This document shows positions 25,346-40,431 of a stretch of 64,000 nt of DNA, one piece after another. The notes below the pieces were generated by a model. It was not told where the DNA came from, did no database searches, and was given only the letters and a program-made list of their open reading frames with translations. Position 1 is the first letter of the stretch, and each line of letters starts with the position of its first letter. This DNA is from Chiloscyllium plagiosum (Eukaryota). The position numbers were made by a program, and so were the translations under genes. Location of the stretch: the NCBI RefSeq assembly GCF_004010195.1, contig NC_057733.1, positions 46,377,816-46,441,815 of the forward strand, given 5' to 3'.

Positions 25346-25544
25346 CTGAGCTAGAATCAAGTCTAAGCCAGACTCACCATGTCCTCAACAGAAGATACGA
25401 TTGTAAAACCAGAATAAATATTCCACAATTGGATAGTGATACTCCAGCTTCATTATGGGCTGATGGAAATGCAAATACTCAAAACTTCAGTATGGTGTGA
25501 CTTGAATGTCATGAATTCTTTGCTTCAAAAGAACATACACTTCA

Positions 25545-28213
25545 GAGTCTTAGAAGGTCATCTTTTATTATAAATTACATGTTGAATTCACATGTATACA
25601 AGTTTCATGATACAACTGTACATTATTATTCAAAATCAAAGCATTTAAATTCGCAAAGATGCTGCCAGCCCTGTGATTTCCATTTTAAGTTCACTGATTT
25701 GTATCAACTTTCATTGTACCCTAGTCCTGCCACTGTGAAAGCGCACATATACATGCTTGCACATGTAACAGGGAGGAGAATTCCACCCCTACAATGCACC
25801 TGATCAAGGCATTGTCCAAGGCATCAGCTCACGACTCACCAATTGTTCACAGACCTGAATTCAGATCCAGGTTTAGTTGGTCCAATCTCTTAAGCATATG
25901 CCCCTTTGCAGCCATTTTGCAAAACATGAAAAAAGACAACAGGAAAAAACTGACAAGGGTTAAGAAGCAAAAATATTTAAGTAAAAAGTGATTGTTCAAT
26001 CATAATGTTAGTAGCCACTTGACCTGCATAATTACACAAAGGCAGGCTCTTCTTTTCCACTTCTATTTGCGGTTTAGAAAAGCATACAGGGCCTGTTAAA
26101 ATATCGTTGGCATTTCATTTGTAAATCACACGTAATAGTACAATATTGCAAAACAAGGACTGACTCCAAAAAAAATCAGCCAAATCATAGGATTATTCAT
26201 TTTTTTGGCATATGGAAATCACAACCATTGACTTAATCTACAAGTTCAGATAAGTATAAAACTAATACAATCAGAAACAGTTAGATAGAAGACAGACAGC
26301 CAAAAAAAATCAGCCAAATCATAGGATTATTCATTTTTTTGGCATATGGAAATCACAACCATTGACTTAATCTACAAGTTCAGATAATTATAAAACTAAC
26401 ACAATCAGAAACAGTTAGATAGAAGACAGACAGACAGATTGGTAAACTTTTTAAAGTATCAAGTCAATTGCTTGCACAATTGCACCATGATTCACTGGTG
26501 ATCTCAATCTGGCCAGATAAAAAAAAAAGTTTTAGTTTGTCTTCTTTAAATCAGTAAATACCTCTAACCATAAGCAGGGCAGCAATTGCCCATTACTAGA
26601 TAAGCAGCAACCTCTGTAGCAGTAAAAATCTGAAGTTTTTTGTTTTATTTTTACAAAGTAGTAGAGTATATAAAGGGTCCATCCTGACATCTCATTCTGA
26701 AAAGAAATAATTTTCCAAGCAACTGTTAATCTATGCTTTTGCTCAATAAATCTTCTACTTTAGAATAGAGTATTAACCTGGAACATATTGACAGTACTTT
26801 GCATTAAACATTAGGACAAGTGGACGGAAATCTCTACTTTAGGTCAAACATTACAAGTACACAAACACTCCCAGGAATTTACAGCATTCACTAGATCAAA
26901 GTCTCTCAGTCTTTTGCTCTGAGCTTTAAGATGTGAATGTAGCTCGGTGTATAAAATTCACATACAAATAAGGCCTTAGCATCACTAGTATTGAGTGTTA
27001 ATAAAACACAATTGACCTGACGTTTCTTCTCTATAGCTACAAAAACGTATACAAGATACCAGAACAAATAACAGTCCTGTTACCAGGGATATGTAAGATT
27101 ATCCAATTATTGAACACGAAAAAGCTCACATTTCTTATTTCATACTGAAACATGTTCAATGCTATAGCTGAACATTCAGAAAGTGGCAAGTCTATTGAAA
27201 CTGAAACATTTCGAAGTTGGAAATCTGACCACAAGCCTAAATTAAAAACTTATATTTCTAATCATAAATATGAGATGGGTAGGTTTGAAGACTCCAACTA
27301 GTAATCTTTGCTTCAGTCTAAATGACAGTTGTGCACTTAAAGCCAGAAGACAGAGAAGTAATCTTACCATAAATCACAACTACATAATATGGTCCATAAG
27401 CCTGTACTGTACATCTCCAAGAAGGTCTTTGAAATTAAAGGTCAGGGCACTCCCAGCCAACGGTGCACAGGAAATCTAAATCTCAGGCTGAGGCCACATT
27501 TCATATTAAAATAAGTACAGGTTTCATGAAACATTATGCTGAATTATTCAGCTGCACAAAATGTCACAGTCACGTTTTGAGAAATCTCTAATGCGGTTAT
27601 GCTTGAGCTTAGTCACATGAAAATGATTTTCAGGACACAGCTTTCATTTGAAGTGAAGTGATAGTCACAGAACAATCCAACAAACTTGATTCAATTCTTC
27701 AATAACAGATAACCAAAGAAGGTAATGCAGTTGATCTTGTGTATAGGGGAACCTTTTAAATAAAGGACATTTTTAAGACACACAGTCAGGGAAAAGACTC
27801 GTTAGCAGCACTGAAGTCCATGGAATTATAGGACTAGTGCCAGCATGAGAAAAAATTGATTTAAGCAGAGAGCAATGCTAACGTGTTGCCTGTCAGGAAA
27901 ATTCATAAAGAGGAATCAATGTTGGTTTTCTGCATTAGGGAACAATTCAGAAGGAAAGCAAAAGGGAGCATTAGACTGCTGTAAAATTACTACCAATATT
28001 ATTTTCCACATTGATAGCACCGTCAACTGCAGGTCTCACCAACCTTAATGTGCATGCTTACCTTCATATTATAAAATATCAATATCAGTACACAGTGGTT
28101 ACAAAAGCAAAGCCACTGATCTGCATTGAATATACATATCAAACTGTACTTTGGTAATACTTAAGTTTCACTGTTGCTTGCCCAGTCAGTCAATATTAAT
28201 AACCATTCAGTAT
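25545..28213 (-). other. PYCR1: Probable ~2.7 kb 3' UTR of PYCR1 with AATAAA at 25564-25569
   Basis: AT-rich, largely transposon-poor stretch after the stop, ending at a minus-strand AATAAA just before repeat-rich DNA resumes. Confidence 0.5.
26166..26433. repeat. Tandem duplication, 2 x 134 bp with 2 mismatches, in the putative PYCR1 3' UTR
   Basis: 26166-26299 is repeated at 26300-26433. Confidence 0.9.
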
Positions 28214-28355
28214 TTAGTGTTTTTTGCTTCCTGGGTACTTATTGTTGAAGAGGCTGATGCCAGCTTTCGAGGCAGTCTGTTTCACCTTGTTCAGGGTGGT
28301 CTTTTTGATGGCAGCAGGGGAAACAGTCTCTTGGTCAGCCATACACTGCAGCTCT
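28214..28355 (-). CDS. PYCR1: PYCR1 last coding exon (142 nt including stop); total CDS 939 nt / 312 aa
   Basis: tgttcag|AGAGCTG; ELQCMADQETVSPAAIKKTTLNKVKQTASKAGISLFNNKYPGSKKH*. Cumulative junctions 67/138/318/540/633/797 keep the frame open. Adjacency to MYADML2 supports PYCR1 over PYCR2. Confidence 0.95.
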
Positions 28356-28972
28356 CTGAACAAAGGAGGAAAAAAAGAAGAAAAAAAAAGGAGAAAACAC
28401 ATGAATAAGTGCAAGAGCAAATTGCGAAATGCAGAATAAAATCTTACAGTAAGGTGTGAAACAACTTGTAAAATAAAAAAGTCCTACAAACTCTTTATTT
28501 GTACGTTCATCTCAAAAATACACCTTTTCAAAACAAAGTAATCTGCAGGCGGTGTTTTCTTTCCACAATGAATACCAATACCAAATCTTGACTAGTTAAT
28601 TCAATAGCGAAGCACATTAGGTGAGGGAGATAAAGAGGAGAAAGGGCGTTGATAACATTGGCTAAACAAACCTCTCCCAAACTTAGTCCAGTAAAAGAAG
28701 TGAAGAGGCCATAAAGGGTCAGTTTTCATCCTGTACGACTTACATGATGCAAGTGTAAGTCTGGGCTAACATTTATTACCCATTTCTCAGCCCTGTTAAA
28801 ATGGTCACCTACATTGCTGTGGGTCAGGAGCAATGTTCCTTTTAAGCTATGTAGACATGCAGCCACTCAAAGACAAAAAAAAGGTCCATACAAAATCAGA
28901 ATGTCAACGTTGTCCCCAGCATTGACTTCCAGTTTCAGAAGTCTGAGGTCTGCACAGAAGAGAAAAGAATTA

Positions 28973-29326
<354 letters not shown>

Positions 29327-30099
29327 TCAAAGTTGCAGAAGCTACTGCAAAGGCTTGCATTTGAACAAATCAGTAGCTTGTTATAAACGCTTCATTTCAA
29401 ATGGAGGAGCCTGAAGCTTTCAATTCAAACAAACAATGTGCTGAACTGGGAGATTGATGTACAAAATCAATGGAGTGGTTTTGTTAGGGTTTTTTCCCCC
29501 TGAGGTTTCACACCAACTTCTGCAAACAGTTAAAGTTTATTAAAGCCTGTACAAGCTAGGTAACCCCTTTGACCCTTTTCGCAGGCATGCGAAGTAGAGT
29601 CAAAAGAGGCCCCACATCCTCTTTATACAGGTCAGTTGGTAATGCTCATAGATACTCCGGCCACTCCCCCCTCATAACCACATGTTACCCCAGGTACAAT
29701 GGTAGGATGAGGTCAGACTCGGTGATAATGTAAATGCCCTAATCTTGAGGAATCTTTATGCAAACGATTTCCAGACTCAGTGATTCCCCAAGACAATGTA
29801 GTTGTGATATGCTTCAGTATTGGAGGATGATCACATAAATAAATTTGATTGTCTGGGGATGGCTATGAAAGCATTTCTGAATGGAAGGGACTGAATGAGA
29901 GTTTAATTTGATAATAGCTGTGGAAAAAAGTAGTAAATGACTGCCCAGATGAAGTGTAAATTATAATGGCTAGTCATCCACGTTCTTGCATGCTGTCTAA
30001 GAGACAGAATGTCATCCCCACCCACTTCCAGAATGTTCAGCTTCTTGGAGAAAGACAGTATAGCTTAACCTTTTCACATTTAACAGAGTGTACAATTTA

Positions 30100-30372
<273 letters not shown>

Positions 30373-31510
30373 TTATTTGCAAATCCACTTCTTTCATTCT
30401 TCTCACCAACATCCAAATTCTATGAGGTGATCTGCAGCTGTCTCAGGTGGACAGCCTCACTCCAGAAGCCTATGAGTCACTCAATTAAGATCCATGCACA
30501 TTGGTAACTTTGGATTATAAAGCACCTTTGGAACTTTTACTAAACTAAAGGCTTAGGAAAACAAGAGGACAGCTCAGAAATGAGATGTAAGAATCAAGTA
30601 AATACAAGTTAAGATCTGAAGATACTTGGCTAAGAGGTCTAAAATTGTGGTGAGAAGATACATGAATGAATTTGAATGGTAATGAGAAAAATCACTTGGT
30701 ATTTCTTCTGCCCAAAATATTTTACAAAAGCAAAGATGGATGGATGTAAAACAAAGGCTTGCACAAGAAAGAAAAACCAGAGATTCTCGACTAAAATATT
30801 TTTAAAATGTAGGTTTACATTTAGGAATTAAGTCGTAACAAGCTAGGTCAATAGGAATGTACATTCTCCACACAAGCCTCCTCCCAGGCTTCCTGAAACT
30901 CCACCCCCTCTTTGTAACCACCTTGCAATTCATCCCCATCCGTCCTCAGAATCATATCAGTGCAGGTGATGGCCATTTGGCCCATTATGCATGTACTGGC
31001 TATCTGAATTAGCAATGCACCTAGTATCATTTCCCCATCTTATTCCCCCTCATGAACCTGCATAATCCTTCCCTTCAGATAACAATCCAATTTGCCCTTG
31101 AATGTCTCAACTGAACCTCCAACCACAACTCAGGCAGCACATTCAGACACGAAGCACTTGCTGCATTGGAAGAGTTATTCCTCACCTCTTGATTGTTCCC
31201 TTTGCCAGTATGACCTTAAAAATAGTATCTTCATTTTCAATCCTACCTTGACGTACTCTGTCCTTATTGAAATTGAATATTCATCAGAGCATCTCTCAAC
31301 CTTCTCTACACCAAGATAATCAATCCCACCTTCACCAATCTATGTGAATGTCGCAGATATTATTATTAATTGAGGAGTCACTGACTAAATTTGGGATCTC
31401 AGATGTGCTAGGTAGATCTTTAATCTGGTTACTTTTGAGTTGTGTACTCATACCCCCTCCAGGAGGCTAATGGGCTATAGTGCCATGTGTTGGGAATGCT
31501 CTGTGTTGAG

Positions 31511-31824
31511 TTTTCTTTAATTCATTCACAGGACGAGAGCATTACTGGCTATGCCCTAATTTATTGCCCATTCCCAAATGCCCACAGAGCAGTTTAGAGT
31601 CAACCACATTGCTGTGGGTCTGGAGTCACATGTAAACTAGACCAGGAAAGGATGGCAGTTTCCCTCCTTAAAGGGCATTAGTGAACCAGATGGATTTTTC
31701 CTGACAATTGACAGTGGATTTGCATTTTTTTTTTAAACTGAATTAAGATTCCACCAAGGCAGGATTCAAACCCGGGTCTCCTGGATTAACAGTCCAGTGA
31801 TAATAGCACTAGGATTGCCTCCCC
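31511..31824 (-). mobile_element. tRNA-derived SINE, probably Deu-SINE type (related copies at ~22690-22930 and split 44395-44551 / 46842-47030)
   Basis: A/B-box head, conserved core acattgctgtgggtctggagtcacatgta, tail shared with the second LINE family. Confidence 0.65.
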
Positions 31825-32130
31825 TTATGTTCTTATGCATTAATGACTGCATTTAAAATATTGTACATGGCTTGCCGTCCTGACTGTATCTTGTCCATCT
31901 GGACTACCATTGTCCCTGGTGATCCTGTTCCTGCCTTCACAATTCCTATACTGTTCTGTGACTTTCTTGGAAAGGAAAAGAAAAACTTTACAAGTGATGT
32001 TCCTCATCCCACATTATCAGATTATTAGAACAAAATAAAATGGTGTTTCGTTCCCCCTCTAGTTTCTAAAATCTGAGCACTTGTCGATGACTGTATTTTG
32101 TGACTGAAAAGGGACAAGCCTGGTACGTAC

Positions 32131-32352
32131 ATAGGCAGGGCCACTGCCACTGAGCCCAGTGACTGCATCGATGAGATCCTCTTCAACCTCCACACAGTAG
32201 CCAACACTGGCCATCAGCTGCTCCAATAGGTTCCCGTCTTCCACCTCTGCATGTGTTCCTGTGGCATACACTGTAGCCCCCTCTCGTACAATCACAGGGG
32301 TGTTGGTCATCAAGCGGATCACTTTCGGAAATTGGTGCACAGAGGACAGTTT
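32131..32352 (-). CDS. PYCR1: PYCR1 coding exon 4 (222 nt)
   Basis: cttgcag|AAA...TAT|gtacgt; [19 protein letters not shown]...[13 protein letters not shown]. Confidence 0.97.
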
Positions 32353-33822
32353 CTGCAAGATCAAGCAGCTACATTAAAAAGTGCCATTGCAGAAATGTAA
32401 AATCAATTTACACAAAGGAACAGGCCATTCAACACAACTGGTCAATTCCAAGTCTTCCCACCCTTCTTCCTCTAGTCATATTACTACATTCTTCTATGCC
32501 TTTCCACTTCATATTTGTCTACTATACCCTTGAATGAATCGCTGCTTTGGAGTTTATCAAATACTTATTTAAAAACGTAGGTAGTGTCCTTCAACATAAA
32601 CTGACTGCATTCTGAAATGTTAACCAGATCAGTAGGAATTTATTCGCTTCGGCATAACTACTGCACACAGCTTTCAGAGGATAGATGGAGGAGGATTCTC
32701 TCTTCAAAAAGACACAGAGCAGAATTAAGTGGATCAGTCCCACAAGCCTGCACTACTAGTCAATCAGATCACTGTGTAGTGTGAAATCACTCATGACATT
32801 ATTAGAAAGCAAACTGTAAATATACTGCAGTTATTTGAAATAGTCAGGGGAGGTCAATGTACTCAGTAAGTCTATGGCACCCCATTATTGCTGTAACTCT
32901 GTCACTTCATTTTCAACATTGTATTTTTAACTTCTAAAAACATGGAAATCAGCAATGTAGCTATAAGCTATCAGTCTGCAACCAATTGATGGGAAGATAT
33001 TTGGAGTGTGACAGTCTACAATGCTGAGTGATGTTGCTTAGCAGCTGAATTTAAAGAAACACAAACAGTGAGTTTACTCACTAAATCAACCATTGCTATT
33101 GTCAAGGTCATAACAATTTAGCATTTACGTCTTCCTATACTTTACTCTCAACCTAAAACCCTGCAGTAGTCACCAGCTTTTACATACATTAATATTCCAT
33201 TTGGAGAAGCAATGTGGCAGGGTTTTGGGCAGAGCTGTTATGCTGCTATTTGATATGCTGCTCGTGCACTGAGATGTTCAGCCTAGGAACTGGGAGTAAC
33301 AGTGCACCCACTGGAAATCAGAATCCTCACAGACATGTCAGAATGAGCTGAAAATTGAATCATAATAGTGTTTGAAGCGTGGACTATAAAATTGAAAGCA
33401 AAGACATAATTTGCCACTGTCTTGAACAAATTTCTTCCATTAGCCACCAAACAAACAGGTGAGCTTAGTTGCTCCTTGTGGAATGCTGTATCCAGAATAA
33501 TGCCTGTGTGGCCTCAAAAGGTCATCCTCCACGTGAAGTGATGTGGGCCAGTTGGCATTTGTGGAATGTGACAACATAGGAGGTATTCATCACAGAAGAT
33601 CTGCACTCTTTCTCCGGAAGTACTTTAGACTTATTTATATTTTAGTTTTCTTTGTCAAATATGCCATACAAATTATTTATTTTAATTTGCAGAAATTCCC
33701 ACCACAAATATCATAAATCAAAACCTCACACCTTCCTAAATTCTCAACTGCAGTGAAATTTTAGTGACTGTACTGGTGTCTGAACAAAATTCAAGCAAAA
33801 GATCATTAGACTCAAAAGTTAC

Positions 33823-34002
33823 CTTCTCTATGGAGCTAATGGTGACTCCAGCAGCACAAGACACAATCAAGTGGCGGTCCTGGATATCAGGAGCAATTTC
33901 ATCCAGCACAAAGGGGATGATGGGTGGCTTGACAGCAAGAAATAGTACATCGCTCTTTTGAACAGTCTCCTTGTTGCTCAAGGAGAAATTGACACCAAGT
34001 TT
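33823..34002 (-). CDS. PYCR1: PYCR1 coding exon 3 (180 nt)
   Basis: tttgtag|AAA...AAG|gtaact; [60 protein letters not shown]. Confidence 0.97.
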
Positions 34003-34699
34003 CTACAAATTTAAAGAAAAAGAACAGAAAAGATTATGAATGAGCGTCACACACAATTTATTTCTTCTAACTCACTTCCCCAACATTAAAATATAACAAT
34101 GCAAGCTACTTGAAGTAATTCAATAGACATTCTGTGATTAAAACGTCCTAAAAGTAATTAGAGTGATCAGAACGACTGATCTCAGACTGGATCCAGTCCC
34201 GGTCACTCCCATCCTTTTCGGGAATGGCTTCAACAAAAGAAGTCACTGAAAAATAACTAGGACATCCAGACCCCAGAGCATGTTTCATTTTTCAATTAAC
34301 TCTATTTTTCTGCCTTCATTCAGAGACTCTTAAAGCCCTGACTAACAAAGATTTACCAATGTCAATTCTGAAATTGTCAACTGAACTCCGCCATCTGCCA
34401 TCAACCCCCAACTTGGAGAAGGAAGAAAATTCCAGGTGCCTTTCTTTGTTCCTTCTCCTCAAACTTGTGGCTATTGTTCCTGCAAGTTGGATGCAAATCA
34501 GAATTTGCAACCATCTCCTACACTCTGCACGAACAATCAAATGTGGTTACTTTTAATTTTGGAAATATAACATCCCTTTTTAAAATTATTTGCTAATCAT
34601 CTCTACTTGAAATTCGACCAAGTATATCGCTAATTAAATGCAGCAGATTTGTAAACAGGGAGCCATGTGTTTCGAGTGCATGACAAATTGCTTGCTTTG

Positions 34700-35070
34700 T
34701 TCACAGGCAGGAGGCTGGAAGAACACAGCAAGCCAGTCAGCGCCAGGAGGTGGTGAAGTCGACATTTCGGGATGACCCTTCAGGACTGGGGGTGGGTGTA
34801 GGGAGAGTTACAGATAAAGGGGATGGTGGGGACAGGGTAATGAGGTAGGAACAGGTGAAGACAGGGAGAGGGTACAACCTGGTTGATCAATGGGAGGAAT
34901 GAATCTGGTTAGTGGAAGGGAGGGGCAGGGGCTTGGAAGGGAGTCAGGGGATGGGAAGGGAGGTTATTTGAAATTGGAGAACTCAATGTTGAGTCCTCTG
35001 GGCTGTAGGCTGCCCAGGCAGAAGATGAGGTGTTGTCCCTCCAACTCGCAGTGTGGTTCATTGCGGCAAT
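34700..35070 (-). mobile_element. PLE 3' fragment in a PYCR1 intron
   Basis: Terminal repeat with a degenerate hammerhead plus the endonuclease C-terminus, similar to 52900-53000. Confidence 0.6.
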
Positions 35071-35571
35071 GGGCTGTCACTGCTGGTTTCTTTCAGGGAA
35101 AAAAAAACTTAACTCAATAAAGAAAAAAGTAGAAATTTAGCAAAGTGCTCTCAAGGCAATAATTTCATTTGAGGCAATGCAGAACAGAATGATTGGATGG
35201 GAAAACTACAGTACATCAAAACAGAGAAGTCAGCTTGTAGGTCCAGCAGATATGACTGAAGCGTTTTAGGCATGAACTCTCCAATATAGCCTTAACCTCA
35301 GAAATGTCACACAGTTAGAAGAATAGCTATGCTAAAATTTATACTGCAGCATAGCTAGAAGCTAGCACGATGCGTGAACACAGGTGGGATGTTTGTTTAC
35401 ACGCACACACAACACAACACACACACGGTTGTTTTCACAAGGTTCAATAGCCTGACTCCACGTACAGCTGGTGCTGGGAAAGCTACCTGGAATAGTCATT
35501 TACATAATTATACAGAAAGAAAAAGGGTCACTGCTACAGTGGATTGGTAAAACAAACACATTGCCTCATAC

Positions 35572-35642
35572 CCTCAGACCTCCGACGGTGGGCAAATCCT
35601 GGTCTGGCGAACTTGCTGTGATCTTGTGAGCAGCTAAGATAC
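35572..35642 (-). CDS. PYCR1: PYCR1 coding exon 2 (71 nt)
   Basis: ctcctcag|GTATC...AGG|gtatga; (G)[23 protein letters not shown]. Confidence 0.96.
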
Positions 35643-37245
35643 CTGAGGAGAAAAAACTGGTTCAGGAAAACAAGTTCAATTAAAATGGGAAGCAAAGCAC
35701 CATCCAGTTCTTGGCTGTGACCCTCTGGGTTATGCCACTTCCATGCACATCCAAGTGATTTTCCAAACACACTGGGGAACCTTGCCTTCATCACACTTTC
35801 AGTACCAGACATCCATCACCATCTGATTTTAATCTTTTCACAAAGTGCTTTAAGTCTATGCCTCAGATTAACCCATTTCCTACTGCAGAGTGATCAGAGT
35901 TAGAGATCTATAAACACAGAAAAATAGGCCCTTCAGCCCATTGAGTCTGCACCAGCCGAAAACAACCTCCCAATTATTTTAATCCCATTTTCCAGCACTT
36001 TGCCCATAGCCTCGTAAGGCTTAGCATCAGAAGTGCAGATCTATATGATTGTCAAACATGAAGGTTTCTGCTTCTTATATCACCCTTAGAAGGTGTGGCA
36101 GTAATCTGGAAGCAGAGAGTTCCAGATTCCCATCACTCCTACAGGTGTCAGACTCTCTGCCTCGAAGTCATTCTACTGATATCCATCATAACATATACAG
36201 TGCAATTAAATTGCCCCTTAGCCTCTGTTTCAAAGAAAACAACCCCAAGTTTTCACCATAATGAGGAATCTTCCAACAGAGTAATCATGCCAGAATTTAA
36301 ACTCAGAATCTGAGTTGCCATCAATATTCTGTGCTATAAGCGCTTGGACAATGTGCTAACGCACCCCCCTCCCAAATAAAAAGGAGGCTCTGATGGAAAT
36401 TCATGTATTTCAGGTTAGTCATCATCCTCATCCACAACACTGCTTAGAAACTGGCAAAACATTGAGAGGCACTCACATCTCAGGTCAACACAACTACATC
36501 AATTCAGTTTTATATTGCTCCCATGAATGAGCAGCAGTTATCAGCTAAATTACCATCTCTGCAAAACAATAGCAAAATTTAATCACAGCAACCTCACCCC
36601 AAAACAATTATCTGTTACAAAATCTATTGGGACTCCCAACAATCTGCTGGCAGTGGATACCCTGCCACTGTGGCTGCTGATTTCACCAGGGTAATTTAGT
36701 TGTCCCATGGCTATACCAAAAACGGATATTCCACTCCCAAGAATCACCTCCTTGCACTACCAACAGCACTATTGAGAGCAGTGGCCATTCACGGAACAAA
36801 TTTCAGAAAGAAATGGATAGATTTGAGAAGCTAAAGGAATCAAGGGGTATGTGGAGAGATCAGGAGTTTGTGCTGAAATATGGGATTAGCCATGATTCTG
36901 CTGAATGGGTGGGAATGGCTCAAAAAGCCTCCTCTTTCTATGTTTCTGCCACTATTGCATTATAAAAATGAACCAGAATACAATGTGCAGGGAATAATTC
37001 CAAAGTTTGCTGAGAAGCAAAAACCTGGAAGCATTGTAATGCAGTGAGGATGATAGTTTAAAACTTCAATTATAGTATTTTGAAGGGTGTGCAGGAGCAG
37101 ACAGAAAACTGAAGCATATGTACCGAAACATTTGAATGTGGCCAGGCAGCTGTTAATAAAACATAGCACTCTAGGCTTCATTTATAAGGACAGAGTACAA
37201 GAGCAGGAAGGTTATGATGAACGCCTGAAAAAAAAACTGGAGTAT

Positions 37246-37540
37246 TAGATTAGATTAGATTCCCTACAGTGTGAAAACAGGCCCTTCGGCCCAACAAGTC
37301 CACACCAACCCTCCGAAGAGCAACCCACCCCCCTACATTTACCCGTGACTGATGCACCTATCGCTTCGGGCACTTTAGCATAGCCAATTCACCTAACTTG
37401 CACATCTTTGGACTGTGGGAGGAAACCCACGCAGACACAATGAGAATGTGCAAACTCCACACAGACAGTCGCCCGAGACAGGAATTGAACCAGGGTCCCT
37501 GACGCAGTGAGGCAGCAGTGCTAACCACTGAGCCACCGTG
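37246..37540 (-). mobile_element. HE1-type V-SINE with (AATCT)n tail
   Basis: tRNA-like head, V-domain and tandem AATCT tail. Confidence 0.85.
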
Positions 37541-37769
37541 TAAGTATAAAGTTCTGGATGCTATACTACAGAAAGGATAAGAATGCACTGGGGAAGAATA
37601 TGGAAGAGCTTTACAAAAGTGGTTCAAGGATAAGGGACCTCAGTTATGAAGACAGACCGGCGAATGCTTTCCTTCAAGAGAAGGTGAAGAGGAGATTTAA
37701 CAGACATTTTCAAAATCTATGGGGTCTGGACAGAATGGATAAGGAGAAACTGTGCCTGCTTAAGATCAA

Positions 37770-38535
37770 GATCCAGAAGCAACAGATGCATTTTGGAAAG
37801 GCAAATCAGGACAAGACTTATACACTTCATGGTAAGGTCCTAGGGAGCGTTGCTGAACAAAGAAACCTTGCAGTGCAGGTTCATAGTTCCTTGAAAGTAG
37901 AGTCACAGGTAGAGAGGATAGTTCTCCTTTATTGGTCAGAGCATTGAGTACAGGAGTTGGGAGGTTGCAGCTGTACAGGACATTGATTAGACCACTTTTG
38001 GAATACTGCATGCAATTCTGGACTTCCTCCTATCAGGAGGATATTGTGAAACCTAAAGGGTTCAGAAAAGATTTACCAGAATGTGCTGTGGTTGGAGGGC
38101 TTACACTATGGGGAGAGACTGAATAGACTGGGGTTGTTTTCCCTGGAGCATTGGTGGCTGAGAGATGACCTCAGGTTTATAAAATCATGAGGGGCATAGA
38201 TAACGTAAATAGTCAAGGTCTTTTCCCTGGAATGGGCAAGTCCAGAACTAGAGGGCATAGTTTAGGGTGAAAGGGGAAAAAATTTAAAAGGGACCTAAGG
38301 GGCAACATTTTCACGCTGAGGGTATTGCGTGTATGAAATGAGCTGCCATAGGAAGCGGTGGAGGCTGGTACAATTGCAGCATTTAAAAAGCACCTGAATG
38401 GGTATATGAATAGGAAGGGTTTAAAGTAATATGGGTCAAATGCTGGCAAATGGCACTAGATTAGTTTAGGATATCTGGTCGGCATGGACGAGTTAGGCCA
38501 AAGGGTCTGTTTCCACGCTGTACATCGCTGACTAT
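37770..38535 (+). mobile_element. CR1 3' fragment in a PYCR1 intron
   Basis: LYRTLIRPLLEYCMQFW and family tail. Confidence 0.85.
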
Positions 38536-39599
38536 TTACAGCGCTCTGCAAAAAAAGTGCACGGTGAGGAAAATCTTCATGGCTCAGATTTGGAATGCTG
38601 CCACCACCCCTCCAAATTGTAACAGTTCATTTGAAACATTCAAAAGGGCATTGGATGACTGTTTCAATTTTAATAATGCGCAAGTTATGAGCAACAGGCA
38701 ATTTGGCATTAAGCAATATGATCCAAGCCAGTGTGGACTTGATAGGCCAAATGGCCTCTTTTTACATTAACAATGTTATGATTGGATTTTGTGAATCTGG
38801 AATGGAGGTCCCAGGGGTGTAAGACACCAACTAAAGTGGAGTTGGGGCCAGTGGGGCTATTGACAGCAAATTAGTGATGGACAACAAATGCTGGCCCCGG
38901 CAGTAACATCATGAGTGAACTTTAAGAAAGTCCTCCCACTTTAGGAGAGAGGTGAGCAAATGGCAGAGTTTCCATCCTCCTGCCTTAATACAAAAAGGTC
39001 CTCTCCACCCCACACCAAACCCTGAAACTCACTAGAAGTTATCCCAATCTTATCTCACATGCTAACAAATCTCCTATCGAGTTGCCCAATAACTCAGATT
39101 ACACAATTAGTTTAAAACAAATGGCAGCATGGGATTTCAAAGGTCACATCTAACAACTCTCCAAAAGCTCACTGTGACTCATTTTCTGCAACTCCATTAT
39201 TGATCATTGTTGCTCAAATTGTGAAGGATTTTATTCTCAAATTTGCTAATTGCAGATATTGCTACCCGAGAGGGGGAAAAAAATGACATGACTACCTAAT
39301 GGTACAGATGATGCAGACTGGCTTCTTGTCTATCTCCTGCCTGTCACAGCACCAAATTTAAAACTGATCCCCTCATCTTCATGTTCCTCCATAGCTTCAT
39401 CTCCCCATCCATCTATAATTTCCTCTAGCATTAGAACATCCAAGAAAACCTCAATTTAGAAATTGTGGAGGCAGCAATCTTTCAAAACTCAAATCCTCCA
39501 AACAATATCAAATATAAAAGCACTACTGTAAAAGTATTTAGCATGGATTTGTTAAGGGAAGATTGTCCTTGACTAATTTCAATTGAAATTAAGGAAATT

Positions 39600-39812
39600 C
39601 AGGTCATTCTGCTATAATGCCCCATCAGCATGAATTGGCTGTAACATGATTGTTTGGATATCATGAACTTTCTACTGAATGGATTTCATGATTTTGTATA
39701 GGCAACCTTCTGCAGCCTATACAAAATTTTCTACAGCAGTTTTCCATAGTGTGATTTTCTATAGCGCGGGTTGCAGAGGAACACAGCTGTCGCGTTATAG
39801 CATAATGACCTG
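39600..39812. mobile_element. Tigger-like MITE nested in an old CR1
   Basis: TIRs CAGGTCATTCTGCTATAATGC...GCGTTATAGCATAATGACCTG followed by TA. Confidence 0.8.
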
Positions 39813-40431
39813 TAACAAGGAGGATTGAGGAGAACAGTACAGTTTATATGATCATCATGGATTTTGGGAAATGCTTTTTGACAAGCTCTCTGGTGGCAGA
39901 CTGGTTAAAAAGAATAAATCATTGGAACTCAGGTGAGTGTAACAACTTCATATAAAACTGGCTCCATGGCAGGAAACATAGGATAATTGCTGACAGGTTT
40001 TTTTTCCAGCACCTTGAATGTGGTTTCCAGTGGGGATCTGCAGGGCCCAGTGGTGGGTCTTCTGTTTTTTGTGGTGTAATCTGGAGAATTGTACAGAGAT
40101 ATGGGGGGGGGGGCATGTTCAAGACACTCAGAGACAACACAAAAATAGGTAGTGTGGTTGATAGTTAGGAGGATAACAGTAAAGAGCAGAAAGGCATCAA
40201 TGGACTGATTAGAAGGGCAGAAAAGTGGCAAATGGAATTCAACTTGAAGTGAGAGGTGGTGTACTTGGAGAGGTCAAACAAGGAAGAGAAAAACACAATT
40301 AATGTTTGGTTCCTGAGAAATGTAAGATAAGTACAGGATCTCAGAGTAAATATTTACAGATTCCTGAAGGTAGGACAGGTCAATGAGGCAATTACAAAAG
40401 CATACAGAATCCTTTCCTTGTATTTTTATAT

